From: Octopus sinensis
Lineage: Eukaryota
Reading direction: 5' to 3'
Length of the DNA stretch: 64,000 nt
Assembly: GCF_006345805.1 (NCBI RefSeq)
Contig: NC_043022.1
Coordinates: 12,896,001-12,960,000, forward strand
How positions within the stretch are numbered: position 1 is the stretch's first letter; the number at the start of each line of letters is the position of its first letter. The translations under genes were made by a program, and so were the position numbers. A model generated the notes under the pieces. It searched no databases, was not told the DNA's origin, and worked only from the letters and a program-made list of their open reading frames with translations. Shown piece by piece: positions 24,043 through 37,835 of this stretch.

Positions 24043-25842
24043 GTGTGTGTGTGTGTGTGTGTGTATGCACTTGCCGTGCACCCACACATATCCACCCACC
24101 TCTACATATATATATATATATATGTGTGCTTGTGTGTGTGTTTATACAAAAGAAAGAATTAGAGGAACTCAGGTGTGTCTCATTGAATTGCAACTAATAT
24201 TTCCTTTATTTACAATCAAGAACCTACGTCAGTGGCTCAAGGGCCGGAAGTTTAGTAGCAAAGAATTTATAAAAATTATCAATGGGGAAGTTTAATAAAT
24301 GCCTCAACACAAAAACTCTACGCCTCTGAGTCACTGCTGTAGCTTCTCATCATCATCATCATCGTCGTCGTTTAACGTCCGTTTTCCGCGCTAGCACGGG
24401 TTGGACGGTTTCGACCGGGGTCTGGGGAGCCAGGGGCTGCCCCAGGCTCCAGTCTGGTCTGGCAGTGTTGCTACAGCTGGATGCCCTTCCTAACGCCAAC
24501 CACTCCGCGAGTGTGGTGGGTGCTTTTTACGTGCCACCTGCACAGGTGCCAGAGGGGTCTGGCATCGGCCACGGTCAGTTGGTGCTTTTTACGTGCCACC
24601 TGCACAGGTGCCAGAGGGGTCTGGCATCGGCCACGGTCGGTTGGTGCTTTTTATGTGCCACCTGCACAGAAGCCAGTCGGGGCGGTGCTGGCATCGGCCA
24701 CGTTCGGATGGTGGCTATAAATAATCACATTGTAATGTAAGAGCTATAATTAAGTATATTAAAATGTATTTTTACTTTACACATTGAAGGGTTTGGACAG
24801 GTGTAATTATCTTAAGCAAAATATGTGCATGAAGTTGAAAGTCTATTTCTAAGTTTCCACCCCAAGCTGGCTAGGGGTTTGGGGTGGGACCCACAGTAGT
24901 AGACTTTCAACTTCCTCACATACACATTTTCGTGTAGTAAATGCCATTCCGCGCGCGTGTGCGTGTGTGTGTGGTGTGTGTGTGTGTATGCACTTGCCGT
25001 GCACCCACACATATCCACCCACCTCTACATATATATATATATATATGTGTGCTTGTGTGTGTGTTTATACAAAAGAAAGAATTAGAGGAACTCAGGTGTG
25101 TCTCATTGAATTGCAACTAATATTTCCTTTATTTACAATCAAGAACCTACGTCAGTGGCTCAAGGGCCGGAAGTTTAGTAGCAAAGAATTTATAAAAATT
25201 ATCAATGGGGAAGTTTAATAAATGCCTCAACACAAAAACTCTACGCCTCTGAGTCACTGCTGTAGCTTCTCATCATCATCATCATCGTCGTCGTTTAACG
25301 TCCGTTTTCCGCGCTAGCACGGGTTGGACGGTTTCGACCGGGGTCTGGGGAGCCAGGGGCTGCCCCAGGCTCCAGTCTGGTCTGGCAGTGTTGCTACAGC
25401 TGGATGCCCTTCCTAACGCCAACCACTCCGCGAGTGTGGTGGGTGCTTTTTACGTGCCACCTGCACAGGTGCCAGAGGGGTCTGGCATCGGCCACGGTCG
25501 GTTGGTGCTTTTTATGTGCCACCTGCACAGAAGCCAGTCGGGGCGGTGCTGGCATCGGCCACGTTCGGATGGTGGCTATAAATAATCACATTGTAATGTA
25601 AGAGCTATAATTAAGTATATTAAAATGTATTTTTACTTTACACATTGAAGGGTTTGGACAGGTGTAATTATCTTAAGCAAAATATGTGCATGAAGTTGAA
25701 AGTCTATTTCTAAGTTTCCACCCCAAGCTGGCTAGGGGTTTGGGGTGGGACCCACAGTAGTAGACTTTCAACTTCCTCACATACACATTTTCGTGTAGTA
25801 AATGCCATTCCGCGCGCGTGTGCGTGTGTGTGTGTGTGTGTG
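24043..25842. repeat. Tandem duplication, ~925 bp + ~865 bp
   Basis: Offset 923 at the start and 861 at the end; copy 1 has one extra 62-bp family B subunit. Confidence 0.9.
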
Positions 25843-26118
25843 TATTATAGTTGAAAAAAGAAGGCGAGTTGTACAATGAAAACAAATTAAAAAGGTGTGA
25901 CTGGTTGAAATAATGAGTCGGAGTGTGAGAATTGCTTCATATATTTTATGTGGGAAAGATAACTCTGTGTGTGTGTCTCTATGTGTGTGTGGGTGGGTGG
26001 GTTCGTGTGTGTGTGTGTGTGTGTGTGGTGATCAGTTTTGTTTTTCCAGGTAGCCAGATATTTAGGTTAAGAGAGAGAGAGTTCAGTGTGGATAAAGTTG
26101 TCGACCGACCGGGACACA

Positions 26119-26185
26119 ATGTACAACTGGCTGGCAGGATGTGTGAAGAATATCCCTGCAGATTCTGAGGGCGACAACAAAGGTG
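26119..26185 (+). CDS. Candidate first coding exon (exon 26050-26185), product unknown
   Basis: Acceptor TTTTGTTTTTCCAG|G, ACAATG context, MYNWLAGCVKNIPADSEGDNKG, donor G|GTAAGG; no homology recognised. Confidence 0.25.
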
Positions 26186-27072
26186 GTAAGGTTTACACTG
26201 TATATTAACGTATATATATGAATATGATTTTTCCGTGACATTTATTTGGGGCAAAGGTAGATATTTCATTCGGTTGTTGTGTGTGAGGAAACGTTTTACT
26301 GGTTTTAATCTCGCCAATCTGTACAAGTTTATCTCTGTTTATTTATAACATTCCAATGTGGGTACTTGTTCGTTCGGCTTGCTAAAAAAGCCCCACCAGC
26401 TAAATAAATGACTTTCAAATCACATCGTTTTGATTTATCTAAGGATAGGAAACATTAGATAATGCTGCCCCACGTGCCCCCTAAAATTTATCCACCTACC
26501 ACAATTATGATTGGAATGTCTTTCAACCAAACTTTGTTTGATTGCTAATGAATTGGAGCTAACTACAACAAGCAGCAACACTTGTAATGAACCGAGGAGT
26601 CTTGACATGGTCTGTTGGTCTGCTAAAAATAGGAACCAGTTATGCCTCAGATATTATCTTTTGAAAAAAATATTTTTTTGAATGGTGTTGAATACTGTAA
26701 TTTTAGATACACTGTGTCTGAATAAATGACAAACGAGCGTGGCTGGAGCTTCTTTAATTAATAGGTTTTATTGAGTTAAGGGCCGGCCTTGAGTTCAAGA
26801 ACTGATAGCAGAGTTTCTACCATAAACTAGTGAAGGACCCTCTTCATGAGATTTAATAAAAGTAGCAGGCAAATCTCTCAAATCATACTGTAATGTCGTT
26901 ATAAAAGTTGATGTCTGTCACTGGAATACTTTTCACTATAGGTCTGCTCTGTCAGAGCTGACCTGGTGTTAAATAACATCCTGTTGCTCAATATAATTAC
27001 AAAATCTCTATCATTTAAATTGCCTTTTGTTTCCCCGAAGAAACCCACCCCACATGAAATCATTGATATTAA

Positions 27073-27293
27073 CCCCTTCATTACTGTATTTATTTTGAGA
27101 TGCTCTGTGTTTCTTTCGATTACTTTAAATATAACAAAGAATTTAGTAAAATAACTTAGTTACCGTTAAGCTGGTGTTAGGAACATAAATTGTGACTAAG
27201 ATTTAGTGGAAGATTTTAATTTAAAACTTATGAAAACAAGACATTTGTACTACAGAGCCAGAGATGGTTTCAGCCGGGTTGGTAACGAAAGGG
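27073..27293 (+). mobile_element. piggyBac-type MITE (221 bp)
   Basis: TTAA|CCCCTTCATTAC...GGTAACGAAAGGG|TTAA. Confidence 0.85.
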
Positions 27294-27548
27294 TTAAGGC
27301 ATAATGAAAATAATGCATCAGAGGTGGTGTGCTTGCACATCAGTTATTCCAAGTCTTAGAGTAAGTTTAGATGTGTTGTCCTCCAGTGCTAATAATAATT
27401 ACTGTTGGAAGACACTGATGGACAATGTTATTTGATATCTGTGCGTCCCATTGCACAGCACCTTGAGCAAGTATCTTCTACAGCCCCATGTCACCTAATA
27501 CCTTGTGAGTGAATTTGGTAAACAGACTCTGTATATGGAAGTCTATCA

Positions 27549-27587
27549 TGTGTGTATGTATGTATGTATGTATATATATATATATAT

Positions 27588-27622
<35 letters not shown>

Positions 27623-27673
27623 TATATATATATATATGTATATATATGTATGTATGGTATATATAATATATTA

Positions 27674-27723
<50 letters not shown>

Positions 27724-28182
27724 ATATTGTATATAATATATATATATATATGTATATAGTATAGTATAAATATGTATATATTATATATGTATATATATAT
27801 GTATATATATATGTATATATATATGTACTAGATATATGTTATATATATGTATATATATATGTATATATATATGTATATATATATGTATTATATATATGGT
27901 ATATATATATGGTATAGATATATATATATCTATATATATATGTATATGATATATGTATATATATATGTATATAATATATCTATGTATATATATATGTATA
28001 TATATATATATATATGTAATATATATGTATATATATATATATATGTATATATATATGTATATATATTATATATCGATATGTATATATATATATATATATT
28101 ATATATATATGTATATAGTAGATGTATATAGATATATATACTATATTGTATATACATATGTATATATATATATGTATATATA

Positions 28183-28217
<35 letters not shown>

Positions 28218-28583
28218 TATATTATATATAGTATATAGTGGATATATGTATATATGTATATATATATATATATATATATAGTATATATATATATCTATAT
28301 ATATTATGTATATATATATTATGTTATATATAATATATGTGTATATATATATAATATATATATTGTATATATATATATGTATATATATATATGTATATAT
28401 ATATATGTATAATATATAATATGTATATATGTATATATATATATGTATATATATATATGTATATATAATATATTTATATTATAGATATCTATATATATAT
28501 ATATGTATATATATATTATATATAATGTATATATATATATATATAATATGTATATATATGTATATAATATATATATATATACT
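27549..28583. repeat. ~1 kb degenerate (TA)n/(TATG)n microsatellite
   Basis: Direct inspection. Confidence 0.95.
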
Positions 28584-28726
28584 ACATTAATCAGCTGAAA
28601 TTGCGAAGATGATCTGGTTCTTGACTGATGACTGAGGGCTTTGAATGTCCCGTCCTGTGGTTCTTGTGTCGTCTTCTAGGTGTTTCACGTTCTTGTCCCA
28701 GTTTGTATATATTTTTTACTTTTTAC

Positions 28727-28767
<41 letters not shown>

Positions 28768-29317
28768 TATATACTCATATACACACGTGTGTGTACGTAC
28801 ATGTTGGTGCATGTCCTCCTACTGCTTGACATCCTGTTTTAACTCAGTTACGTCTCCATAACTTAGTAGTTTGGCAAAACAGGCTGATAGAATAAGTACC
28901 TGGCTTTGAAAAAAAAAAAAAAGAAATGAGTACTGAGGCCAATTTGTTTGATTAAACACTTTAAAGCATTGCCCCAGCATGGCCACGGTCCAGTGACTGA
29001 AACAAGTAAAAGATAAAAGATATAACATAGATATATATTAGATATTTCTTTATCAATATCAACGGAATGACAAATAACAGAAAAATGTAAATTTTACAGA
29101 TGTTTCGTAATTTTTTTTCCACAGCTGTTTCAATCAAGTAAAACCATCGGTATTTACATAATTATGTAATTAACATAATTTATGTGACTATGAGGGATTA
29201 CTCGTCTCATCAGGAGAAAAAGATGGAAAATCTATATTGATCAATATATCAATGTCAGAGTACAATAACCATGGTCCCCCTCTGTTATTATTACTATTAT
29301 TACTACTACTAAAATGT

Positions 29318-29641
29318 GAAGGCACGTGGCTTAGTGGTTAGGAGCATTCGGCTCATGATTGTAAGGTCATGAGTTCAATTCCTGGTGGCACGTTGTATCC
29401 TTGAGCAAGACACTTTATTTTCATGTTGCTCCAGGCCACTCAGCTGGCAAAAAATGAGTTGCACCTGTATTTTAAAGGGTCAGCCTTGTCACACTCTGTG
29501 TCATGCTGAATCTCCCTGAGAACTACGTTATGGGTACACGTGTCTGTGGAGTACTCAGCCACTTGCACATTAATTTCACGAGCAAGCAGTTCTGTTGATC
29601 GTATCAGCTGGGATCCTCATCGTCGCAACCGACAGAGTGCT
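29318..29641 (+). mobile_element. tRNA-derived SINE, family F-related head with a different tail
   Basis: TGGCTTAGTGG, GAGTTCAATTCC, CTTGAGCAAGACACTTT; (CTA)n tail. Confidence 0.75.
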
Positions 29642-30837
29642 CCTACTACTACTACTACAACTGATGATGATGATGATAATTGTTTTTACTGTAGGCACAA
29701 GGTCTGAAATTTTGTTTGGAGGGGTTTCATCAATTATATCAACTGGTAGTTATTTTATCAACTGCAAAAGGATAAAAGACAAGATCAACCTTGATGGAAT
29801 TTGAACTCAGAACATGAAGACAGGCAAAATGCATTCTATCTGGTATGCTAACAGTTCTGCCAGCTCACCATAATAGTATCTGCATCCTGTTTACTGGTGT
29901 CAGATATTTATGGTTTCTTGTTGTTAAGGGGTTTTCTCTTCTCCAGGTTAGGGATTTCAACAAGAATAAACTGACCCAGTCAATATTTACAGTTCATGTA
30001 AGTCAGTGAGCTGGCAGAAACATTAGCATGCCTGGTGAAATGCTTAGCGGTATTTTGTCTATCTTTATGTTCTGAGTTCAAATTCCATCCTTTTGGGGTT
30101 AAATTAAGTACAAATGTCTTGTTTTCATAAGTTCTGAATTAAAATCTTCCACCAAACCTTAGTCACAATTTATGCTCCTAACATTAGCTTAATGATAACT
30201 AAGTTTATTTTACTAAATTCTTTATTATATTTAAAGTAATTGAAAGAAACACAGAGCATCTCAACAAAAGTACAGTAACGAAAGGGTTAAAGGAATGGAA
30301 GTTATGACGAATGTTTTTTTCTTCATAAATGTGTGTGAACAGGTTGTGAGATGCCAAGCCCAGTTTGTTGTCAGTTTTATGTTTTGTCATTTTGTAATTA
30401 ATGTCATCCTCTTTCATTTTGAGTTCTTCATAACTGTTGTCATTTGTACTTTTAATGTACAATAAAGTTTTCGGTTATGCGTAATGTTTGTGTGCAATGC
30501 ATACATAGGTGTGTGTGTGTGAGTACTATGTATACATTGTGAGTGTTACTATTGTATACATGTTTACTATTGTATTGCATGTGAATTTTACATTCACATT
30601 CTGCCAGAGTCAACTTTACCTTTTCGTCCTTTTAAGGTTGATAAAATAAGTACCAGTTGTATACTGGTGTCGATGTAACCAACTAACCCCCCTGCCCTGA
30701 ACTTGTTGGTCTTGTATCAAAATTTGAACCCTATTTCATGTGTGCGTATTGTACTCTGTATGTGTGTGAGTACAGGAACGACCTTCTTTTCTGCAGTTAG
30801 CATGTTTTCTAATGCAGGCTTTACTACTCTCTCTCGT

Positions 30838-31220
30838 TTACTCTTTTACTTGTTTCAGTCATTTGGCTGTGGCCATGCTGGAGCACTGTCTTTAGTCGAG
30901 CAAATTGACCCCAGGACTTATTCTTTGTAAGCCCAGTACTTATTGTATCGGTGTCTTTTGCCGAACCACTAAGTTACAGGGACGTAGACACACCAGCATC
31001 GGTTGTCAAGCGATGTTGTGGGGATAAACATTCACACACATATATATACATATACACGACGAGCTTCTTTCAGTTTCCGTCTACCAAATCCACTCACAAG
31101 GCTTTGGTCAGCCCGAGGCTATAGTAGAAGACACTTGCCCAAAGTGCCATGCAGTGGGACTGAACCCGGAACCATGTGGTTGGTAAGCAAGCTTCTTACC
31201 ACACAGCCACTCCTGCGCCT
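30838..31220 (-). mobile_element. SINE family A
   Basis: As 8908-9305. Confidence 0.85.
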
Positions 31221-31653
31221 TATTGTTTAATTACTTATTGTTTAATTAATTTCAATACCCACTGGGAAACAGTCAAAAGTTATAAGAACGAGGATACGTG
31301 GTTAATAATATCTGGGGGCAGGTTACAATCCTGTAAAAGTAAACAAACAAATAGAATATTTAAACAATTGCACTAATTTTTAGCTTTTGCCTCTTATTTT
31401 TGTTTTTCAAAAATGTTTTATATTGCTTCCAAACCACAAGGTCCTGGGTTCAGTCCCACTACATGACACCATGAGCAAATATTTCCTGGTATAGGCCCCA
31501 GGCCAACCAAAAGCCTTGTGAGTGCATTTGGTAGACAGAAACTGAAATACAGTGATGTGTGTGTGCATGTATGTATGTATGTATGTGTGTGTGTGTGTTT
31601 GTATGTATGTATGTATATATATATGTGTGTGTGTGTGTTTGTATGTATGTATG

Positions 31654-31744
<91 letters not shown>

Positions 31745-31753
31745 ATATATATA

Positions 31754-31786
<33 letters not shown>

Positions 31787-32112
31787 ATAATATATGTGTG
31801 TGTGTGTGTGTGTGTGTTTGTCCACCATCATAGCTTCATGATTAGTTTTGGTTTGCTTATATCCCCCATAACTTAGCAGTTTGGCAAAAGGAGAATGACA
31901 CAATAAGCACGTGTACTTTTGAAAAAAAAAAAGTACCGGGACCAGTTTGTCCAAATCCTTCGAGGTGGTGGCCAGCATAGCTGCTGTATAATGACTGAAA
32001 CAAAACATAAATCATAAATCATAAATCATAAATCCCATATGTTTAAAATATAAAATCTGAAAATGATTTTCAAGCAAAAAAGTCAGAACTTCAAAAAAAA
32101 AGTTGTAGATGG

Positions 32113-32233
32113 CGCTGGTGGTGGCGGTGGTGGTGGTGGTGGTGCTGGTGGTGGTGGTGGTGGTGGTGCTGGTGGTGCTGGTGGTGGTGGTGGTGGCGGT
32201 GGTGCTGGTGGCGGTGGTGCTGGTGGTGGCGGT
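32113..32233. repeat. (GGT/GGC/GCT)n trinucleotide repeat
   Basis: Direct inspection. Confidence 0.9.
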
Positions 32234-32584
32234 GTCGTCATGGAATCGTTTTATGTGTATAAGTATACATATAGTGTGCGTGTGTGTGTGTTTATCTGCA
32301 CTTGTATTCATACATGTTTGTATGTGTGTTTTATATTTGTACATTTGTATGTGTGTGTGTATGTATTCATACTTGTGTGTGTGTGTGTATGTATTCATAC
32401 TTGTGTGTGTTGTGTGTGTGTGTGTGTAGACACATGAACACACACATACTATTAACAGTTGGCAGTTAGGTAATAACCCAAACAATATTTCAGTTTGTTC
32501 ATCTGTGGCCTATTTTTATGGAGGATATTCAAAAATAGGATCGTTGCCGTGTGTCTTTTTTTAATTTTTGTTTCATATATTTTA

Positions 32585-32615
<31 letters not shown>

Positions 32616-33029
32616 TTATTTCGTTTCTTTCTGTCTAACTAAACTGTCTTCCTCACCGTTTGTTATTGTTTCACTTTAAAATTAAACCAGCTGTTTCTCG
32701 GGTTCTTGTGTTCTTCATGGGTTTTATTCTTAATGGGTTTACGGTCTTCTTACCCCCCCCCCTCAGCCGCCACACTTTCTTCTGATCTTATTTGCTACAA
32801 ATTTTATTTTGCTTTTATAATCTTAACTTTTTATTTAAATTATGCCAAATTATATATGACTGTATGGGTATATATACATATGTGTGTGGGTGTTGGGGGT
32901 TATTAAGTAAAAAAAAAAATTGAGTCAACAACCACATATAGTTATGCTCTAGCACCAGTATTGGGTTCATTGAAAACAACGAAAGCTAAGCACTTCTAAG
33001 TCCATTTATTAAAAAATGTTCTGAGTTTT

Positions 33030-33287
33030 TATTTTACAGAAAATGAAGTCAATTTCAAATGCAGAATAGCTGTGAAAACAACTTAGGGGATTGGGTAAGG
33101 ACCCTTACTAGAGAGAAAAAGTGGCCAGCAAGCCTCTATAATCAAACCCTGTGCTTCCCAAATTCCATCAATTCTCTGAAGTGGCTTCTTGACCACTTTT
33201 TCCATCTTTTAAGGGTATTTACCTCGTCTCCTAAACTGTTTTCACAACTATTCTGCATATGAGATTTACTTCATTTTCTGTAAAATA
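33030..33287. mobile_element. MITE-like fold-back with ~78-bp imperfect TIRs
   Basis: TATTTTACAGAAAATGAAGT...ACTTCATTTTCTGTAAAATA. Confidence 0.75.
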
Positions 33288-34291
33288 CTCACTTTGCCTT
33301 TCATCCTTTCGGGGCTCGATAAATTAAGTACCAGTTATGCACTGGGGTCGATGTAGTCAACTTAATCCCTTTGTCTGTCCTTGTTTGTCCCCTCTATGTT
33401 TAGCCCCTTGTGGGCAACAAAGAAATGTGAAATACACTAGACTTCATGACATATGGTCATGGTCTTGCAACCTCTGGTCACCTCCTAACCTTTATTAGGT
33501 TACCTACCTGCTAGCGATCTCCCAACCTTTATCTGCATGCATGTATGTATATACGATGGGCTTCTTTCAGTTTTTAATAAATGGACTTAGAAGTGCTTAG
33601 CTTTCTTTGTTTTCAAAGAACCCAATACTGGTGCTAGAGTATAACTACATGTGGTTGTTGCCTGTAACTTGAAGTTTCAATTCTTGTGGCTTAATGTATA
33701 TGTGTGCATATACACTATGCATTCACACACGGATATACATGCATACATGACACACATTGCACAACATATGCAAACACACACACACACACACCACATACAT
33801 ACACACACACACACAGACTAGGTTTACAATGTTGCTCTGTTTGTTGTTCTAAGATTTTTTTTATTTTCGTATCCAAATCATGACATACACCAAGTCACCC
33901 CTCATCTTCCTCGTCAATTAATTTAAGCAAGTAATTAACTAAAACTGTTTCTAATTTCATTATCAAAATCATTTTCATCATTCGTATGTGCATTCAGTTA
34001 ACTGAGGGTGCATGTAGGTGGTGGTGGTGGTAGCATTGGTGCTGGTGGTGACAGTAGTGGTGTGGGTAATGGTTGGGGTAGTTTTGATGGTGTAGGTGAT
34101 GGTATTAGTGTTGTGGGTGGTGGTGGTGTTGCTGTATTCTTTTAACAACAAGGAAGCTATTTTATAGACATGCAGTGTTTTTAGGAATAAAGACCTTGAG
34201 AATTCTCTTTCAAAGAAGACACTACATGATGGCCTTCTCTCTTTCAGCACAATACAGTTAAGACCCTTAAATTCTCTAGAAATACACTAGA

Positions 34292-34523
34292 GGCGGCGAG
34301 TTGGCAGAAACGTTAGCACGCCGGGCGAAATGTTAAGCAGTATTTCTTCTGCCATTACGTTCTGAGTTCAAATTCTGCCGAGGTCCACTTTGCCTTTCAT
34401 CCTTTCGGGGTCGATAAATCAAGTACCAGTTATGCACTGGGGTCGATATAATCGACTTAATCCCTTTGTCTGTTCTTGTTTGTCCCCTCTATGTTTAGCC
34501 CCTTGTGGGCAATAAAGAAATGT
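34292..34523 (+). mobile_element. SINE family C, full length, 13-bp TSD
   Basis: TSD GAAATACACTAGA at 34279-34291 and 34524-34536. Confidence 0.9.
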
Positions 34524-35425
34524 GAAATACACTAGACTTCATGACATATGGTCATAGTCTTGCAACCTCTGGTCACCTCCTAACCTTTATTAGGTTACCT
34601 ACCTGTTAGCGATCTCCCAACCTTTATCTGCATGCATGTATGTATATACGATGGGCTTCTTTCAGTTTCCGTCTACCAAATCCACTCACAAGGCTTTGGT
34701 CGGTCCAAGGCTATAGTAGAAGACACTTGCCCAAGGTGCCACACAGTGGGACCGAACCCAGAACCATGTGGTTGGTAAGCAAGCTACTTACCACACAGCC
34801 ACTCCTAACCTATCTCTAATTTAACCTTTTAGTATTTAAACTGGTCAAATCCAGCCAAAATGTTCTTGCTGTTTTATGCTCAAACTGGCCAGATGTGGCC
34901 TCTCACACCAACCCTACAATATCATTTTAAAAAATTAAGTTCATCATCATTATTGTTAAATGTACTCCTTCCATGCTGGTATGAGTTGAATGGTTTGACA
35001 GGAGTTGGCTAGGCAAGAGCCTGTGCCATGCTTCTGTGCCTGTTCTGGCATGGTTTTTACAGCTGGATGCCCTTCCTAACACCAACCACTCCATAGAGAG
35101 GGCTGAGTGCTTTTTACATGGCACTCACATAGACGAGGTCAGTTTTGGCATGGTTTTTCACAGCTGGATGCCCTTCGAAATGCCAACCACTTTGCAATGT
35201 GGACTGGATGCTTTTCTTAAATGGTACCTGCACTGGCAGGGTCAGCAAGCGGTTTTGCAAACAAGGGGTTTTTGAGAGGGGAGGGGGAATTGGAGGAGGT
35301 GATCTTGTGTCAGTGATGAAAGATATTAAAATCTCAAAGCTACAAGGTAATGCATGATTAATTCAAAACAATGTGGATAAGTAAGCATTACACTTGACAG
35401 AATAATGTGAATGCTAAATGGTTAA

Positions 35426-35643
35426 CCCTTTTGTTACCAACCCGGCCGAAACTGGCTCTGGCACTGTTGTATAAATGCCTTGTCATAAGGTTTTAATTAA
35501 AATCTTCCACCAAACTTTAGTCACAATTTATGTTCCTAACACTAGCTGAATGATAACTAAGTTATTTTACGAAATTCTTTGTTATATTTAAAGTAATTGA
35601 AAGAAACACAGAGCATCTCAAAGTAAATACAGTAATGAAAGGG
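35426..35643 (-). mobile_element. piggyBac-type MITE
   Basis: TTAA on both flanks; reverse complement of 27073-27293. Confidence 0.85.
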
Positions 35644-35724
35644 TTAAACTAAGCATCAATTAGACTGGGAGGTGGAGGAAAGGAGCATTAACCTCCTCCT
35701 CTTAATTTATTTCTAAATACTTTA

Positions 35725-36009
35725 CCACATAGAGTAAGGATGACATTCCAAAGGCTAGAGCAGTTTAAATGGGAAACAATGCTCCACCCACCATATTTGG
35801 CGGACATTGTCCCATCTGATTATCATTCATTCTGCAGTCTTCAAAATCATTTGGACAGAAAAAATATGAATTCTGTAGACAAGGTCGGAACAATAATGGA
35901 GTAGTATTTTTCATCACGGACAAGTGAATTTTGGAAGAGGGGCTTTGCAAGTCTACCACATAGATGGAAGAGAATTGTAGAAAATGAAGGAGAGTATATT
36001 TTAGATTAA
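35725..36009 (+). pseudogene. mariner transposase C-terminal remnant
   Basis: Manual translation: PHRVRMTFQRLEQFKWETMLHPPYLADIVPSDYHSFCSLQNHLD..ME*YFSSRTSEFWKRGFASLPHRWKRIVENEGEYILD*. Matches mariner HPPYSPDLAPSDY; one stop. Confidence 0.85.
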
Positions 36010-36053
36010 TAAAGAACTTTATCTTAATTTTGAAAAATAAAGTTAAAAAAACT

Positions 36054-36453
36054 GCACAGGAATGGCTGTGTGGTAAGTAGCTTACTAACCAACCACATGG
36101 CTCCAGGTTCAGTCCCACTGCGTGGCATCTTGGGCAAGTGTCTTCTGCTATAGCCCCGGGCCGACCAAAGCCTTGTGAGTGGATTTGGTAGACGGAAACT
36201 GAAAGAAGCCTGTTGTATATATGTATATATATATATGTATGTGTGTGTGTGTGTGTCTGTGTTTGTCTCCCTAGCATTGGTTGACAACCGATGCTGGTGT
36301 GTTTATGTCCCCCGTCACTTAGCGGTTCGGCAAAAAGAGACCGATAGAATAAGTACTGGGCTTACAAAGAATAAGTCCCGGGGTCGAGTTGCTCGAGTAA
36401 AGGCGGTGCTCCAGCATGGCCGCAGTCAAATGACTGAAACAAGTAAAAGAGTA
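36054..36453 (+). mobile_element. SINE family A, full length
   Basis: Head, CORE-like motif, microsatellite, AAGTAAAAGAGTA tail. Confidence 0.85.
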
Positions 36454-36949
36454 TTCATGGGATGACCTAATGTTTCTATATTCCTTTATGCATATTTCCA
36501 TTTGTCTTCAATAGGTTAAACAAACTGACTTGGTACCTGTCTGGTGTCTGTTTATGCCTTTGAATTATGTGTATGCTAAATAGACAGGCAGCTGAGCTTG
36601 TGGCTGCAAAATGGTGACAGTCTCTGTCTGTACCCCTAACAATAAATGTTATGAACTTCCAGTTTCAGTGAGTTTACTTCTGACCTGTAACCTCTGACCT
36701 CTCCATGTGTTCCTTTGCAACAAAAGACTTCCATAGTATTTGCTGTTATGGCAGAGATTGAGAGACTTCAATACGGGGGGGGGGGGGACTAGACAAACTA
36801 TAGGAGGAGAAGGAAGAGGAGCAAGAACTAGGACTGTTTCTTACTTGATTCTCTCTCCTCTATTTCCATGTTTTCCACCCTTTCTATAACCCTCCAACTT
36901 TCTATCTGTACCCACACTCACTTTCTCTTTATTTCTATTGGTTTTCCTC

Positions 36950-37143
36950 TATATCTCTATCTCTCTGCCTATCTGTCTCTATATTTCTATCCATCTATCT
37001 ATATTCCTATCTATATATCTATCTCTATATTTCTATATTTATATCTCTCCATCTATCTATATCTCTCTGTCTGTCTATCTATCTATCTATCTCTATATCT
37101 ATCTGTCTGTCTGTCTATCTATCTCTATATCTGTCTAATTATC

Positions 37144-37174
<31 letters not shown>

Positions 37175-37239
37175 CTCTATATCTATCTATCTATCTCTAT
37201 ATCTATCTATCTATCTCTATATCTATCTATCTATCTCTA

Positions 37240-37300
<61 letters not shown>

Positions 37301-37309
37301 CTATCTCTA

Positions 37310-37350
<41 letters not shown>

Positions 37351-37353
37351 CTA

Positions 37354-37414
<61 letters not shown>

Positions 37415-37460
37415 CTGCCTGCCTGTCTCTCTCTCTCTCTCTATCTCTGTATCTCTCTCT
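36950..37460. repeat. (TCTA)n microsatellite
   Basis: Direct inspection. Confidence 0.95.
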
Positions 37461-37835
37461 CTCTCTCTCTTTTTCTCTGTTCCAAATAAGGAGGTAAATG
37501 ACACCATCACCATTACCACAAGTCCTTCTAATTGCCAATTATACTGTTTCCTTTGAGTGTATTGTTCAAGTGTTTCCAAAGATCTGAAGACTTCATCTTT
37601 TTCTGCTGCTGCTGCTGCTACTACAATTATGAAACACTGTACAATCTAGATTATGGGGCAGGGGGAGTGAGGCGGGGGTAGATGAAAGGCTGGCCATGGT
37701 ACGTGTGTAATTAGAAACCTTTCACAACAACAAGAAGCATAATAGTACTCCTCTGTTATAAAACACTGGGGTCTTTCTATGGAGAGAATTCTCCCATATT
37801 CATGCAATTAGTACTCTTATTCTATCCTCGTCATA

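Noticed and set aside
29175-29215. Hammerhead on the minus strand (CUGAUGA-GACGAG..CUC..GUC)
   Set aside because: GAAA and the cleavage triplet are absent.
32063-32437. Glycine-rich protein ORF
   Set aside because: A (GGT)n microsatellite running into (TG)n; no splice or homology support.
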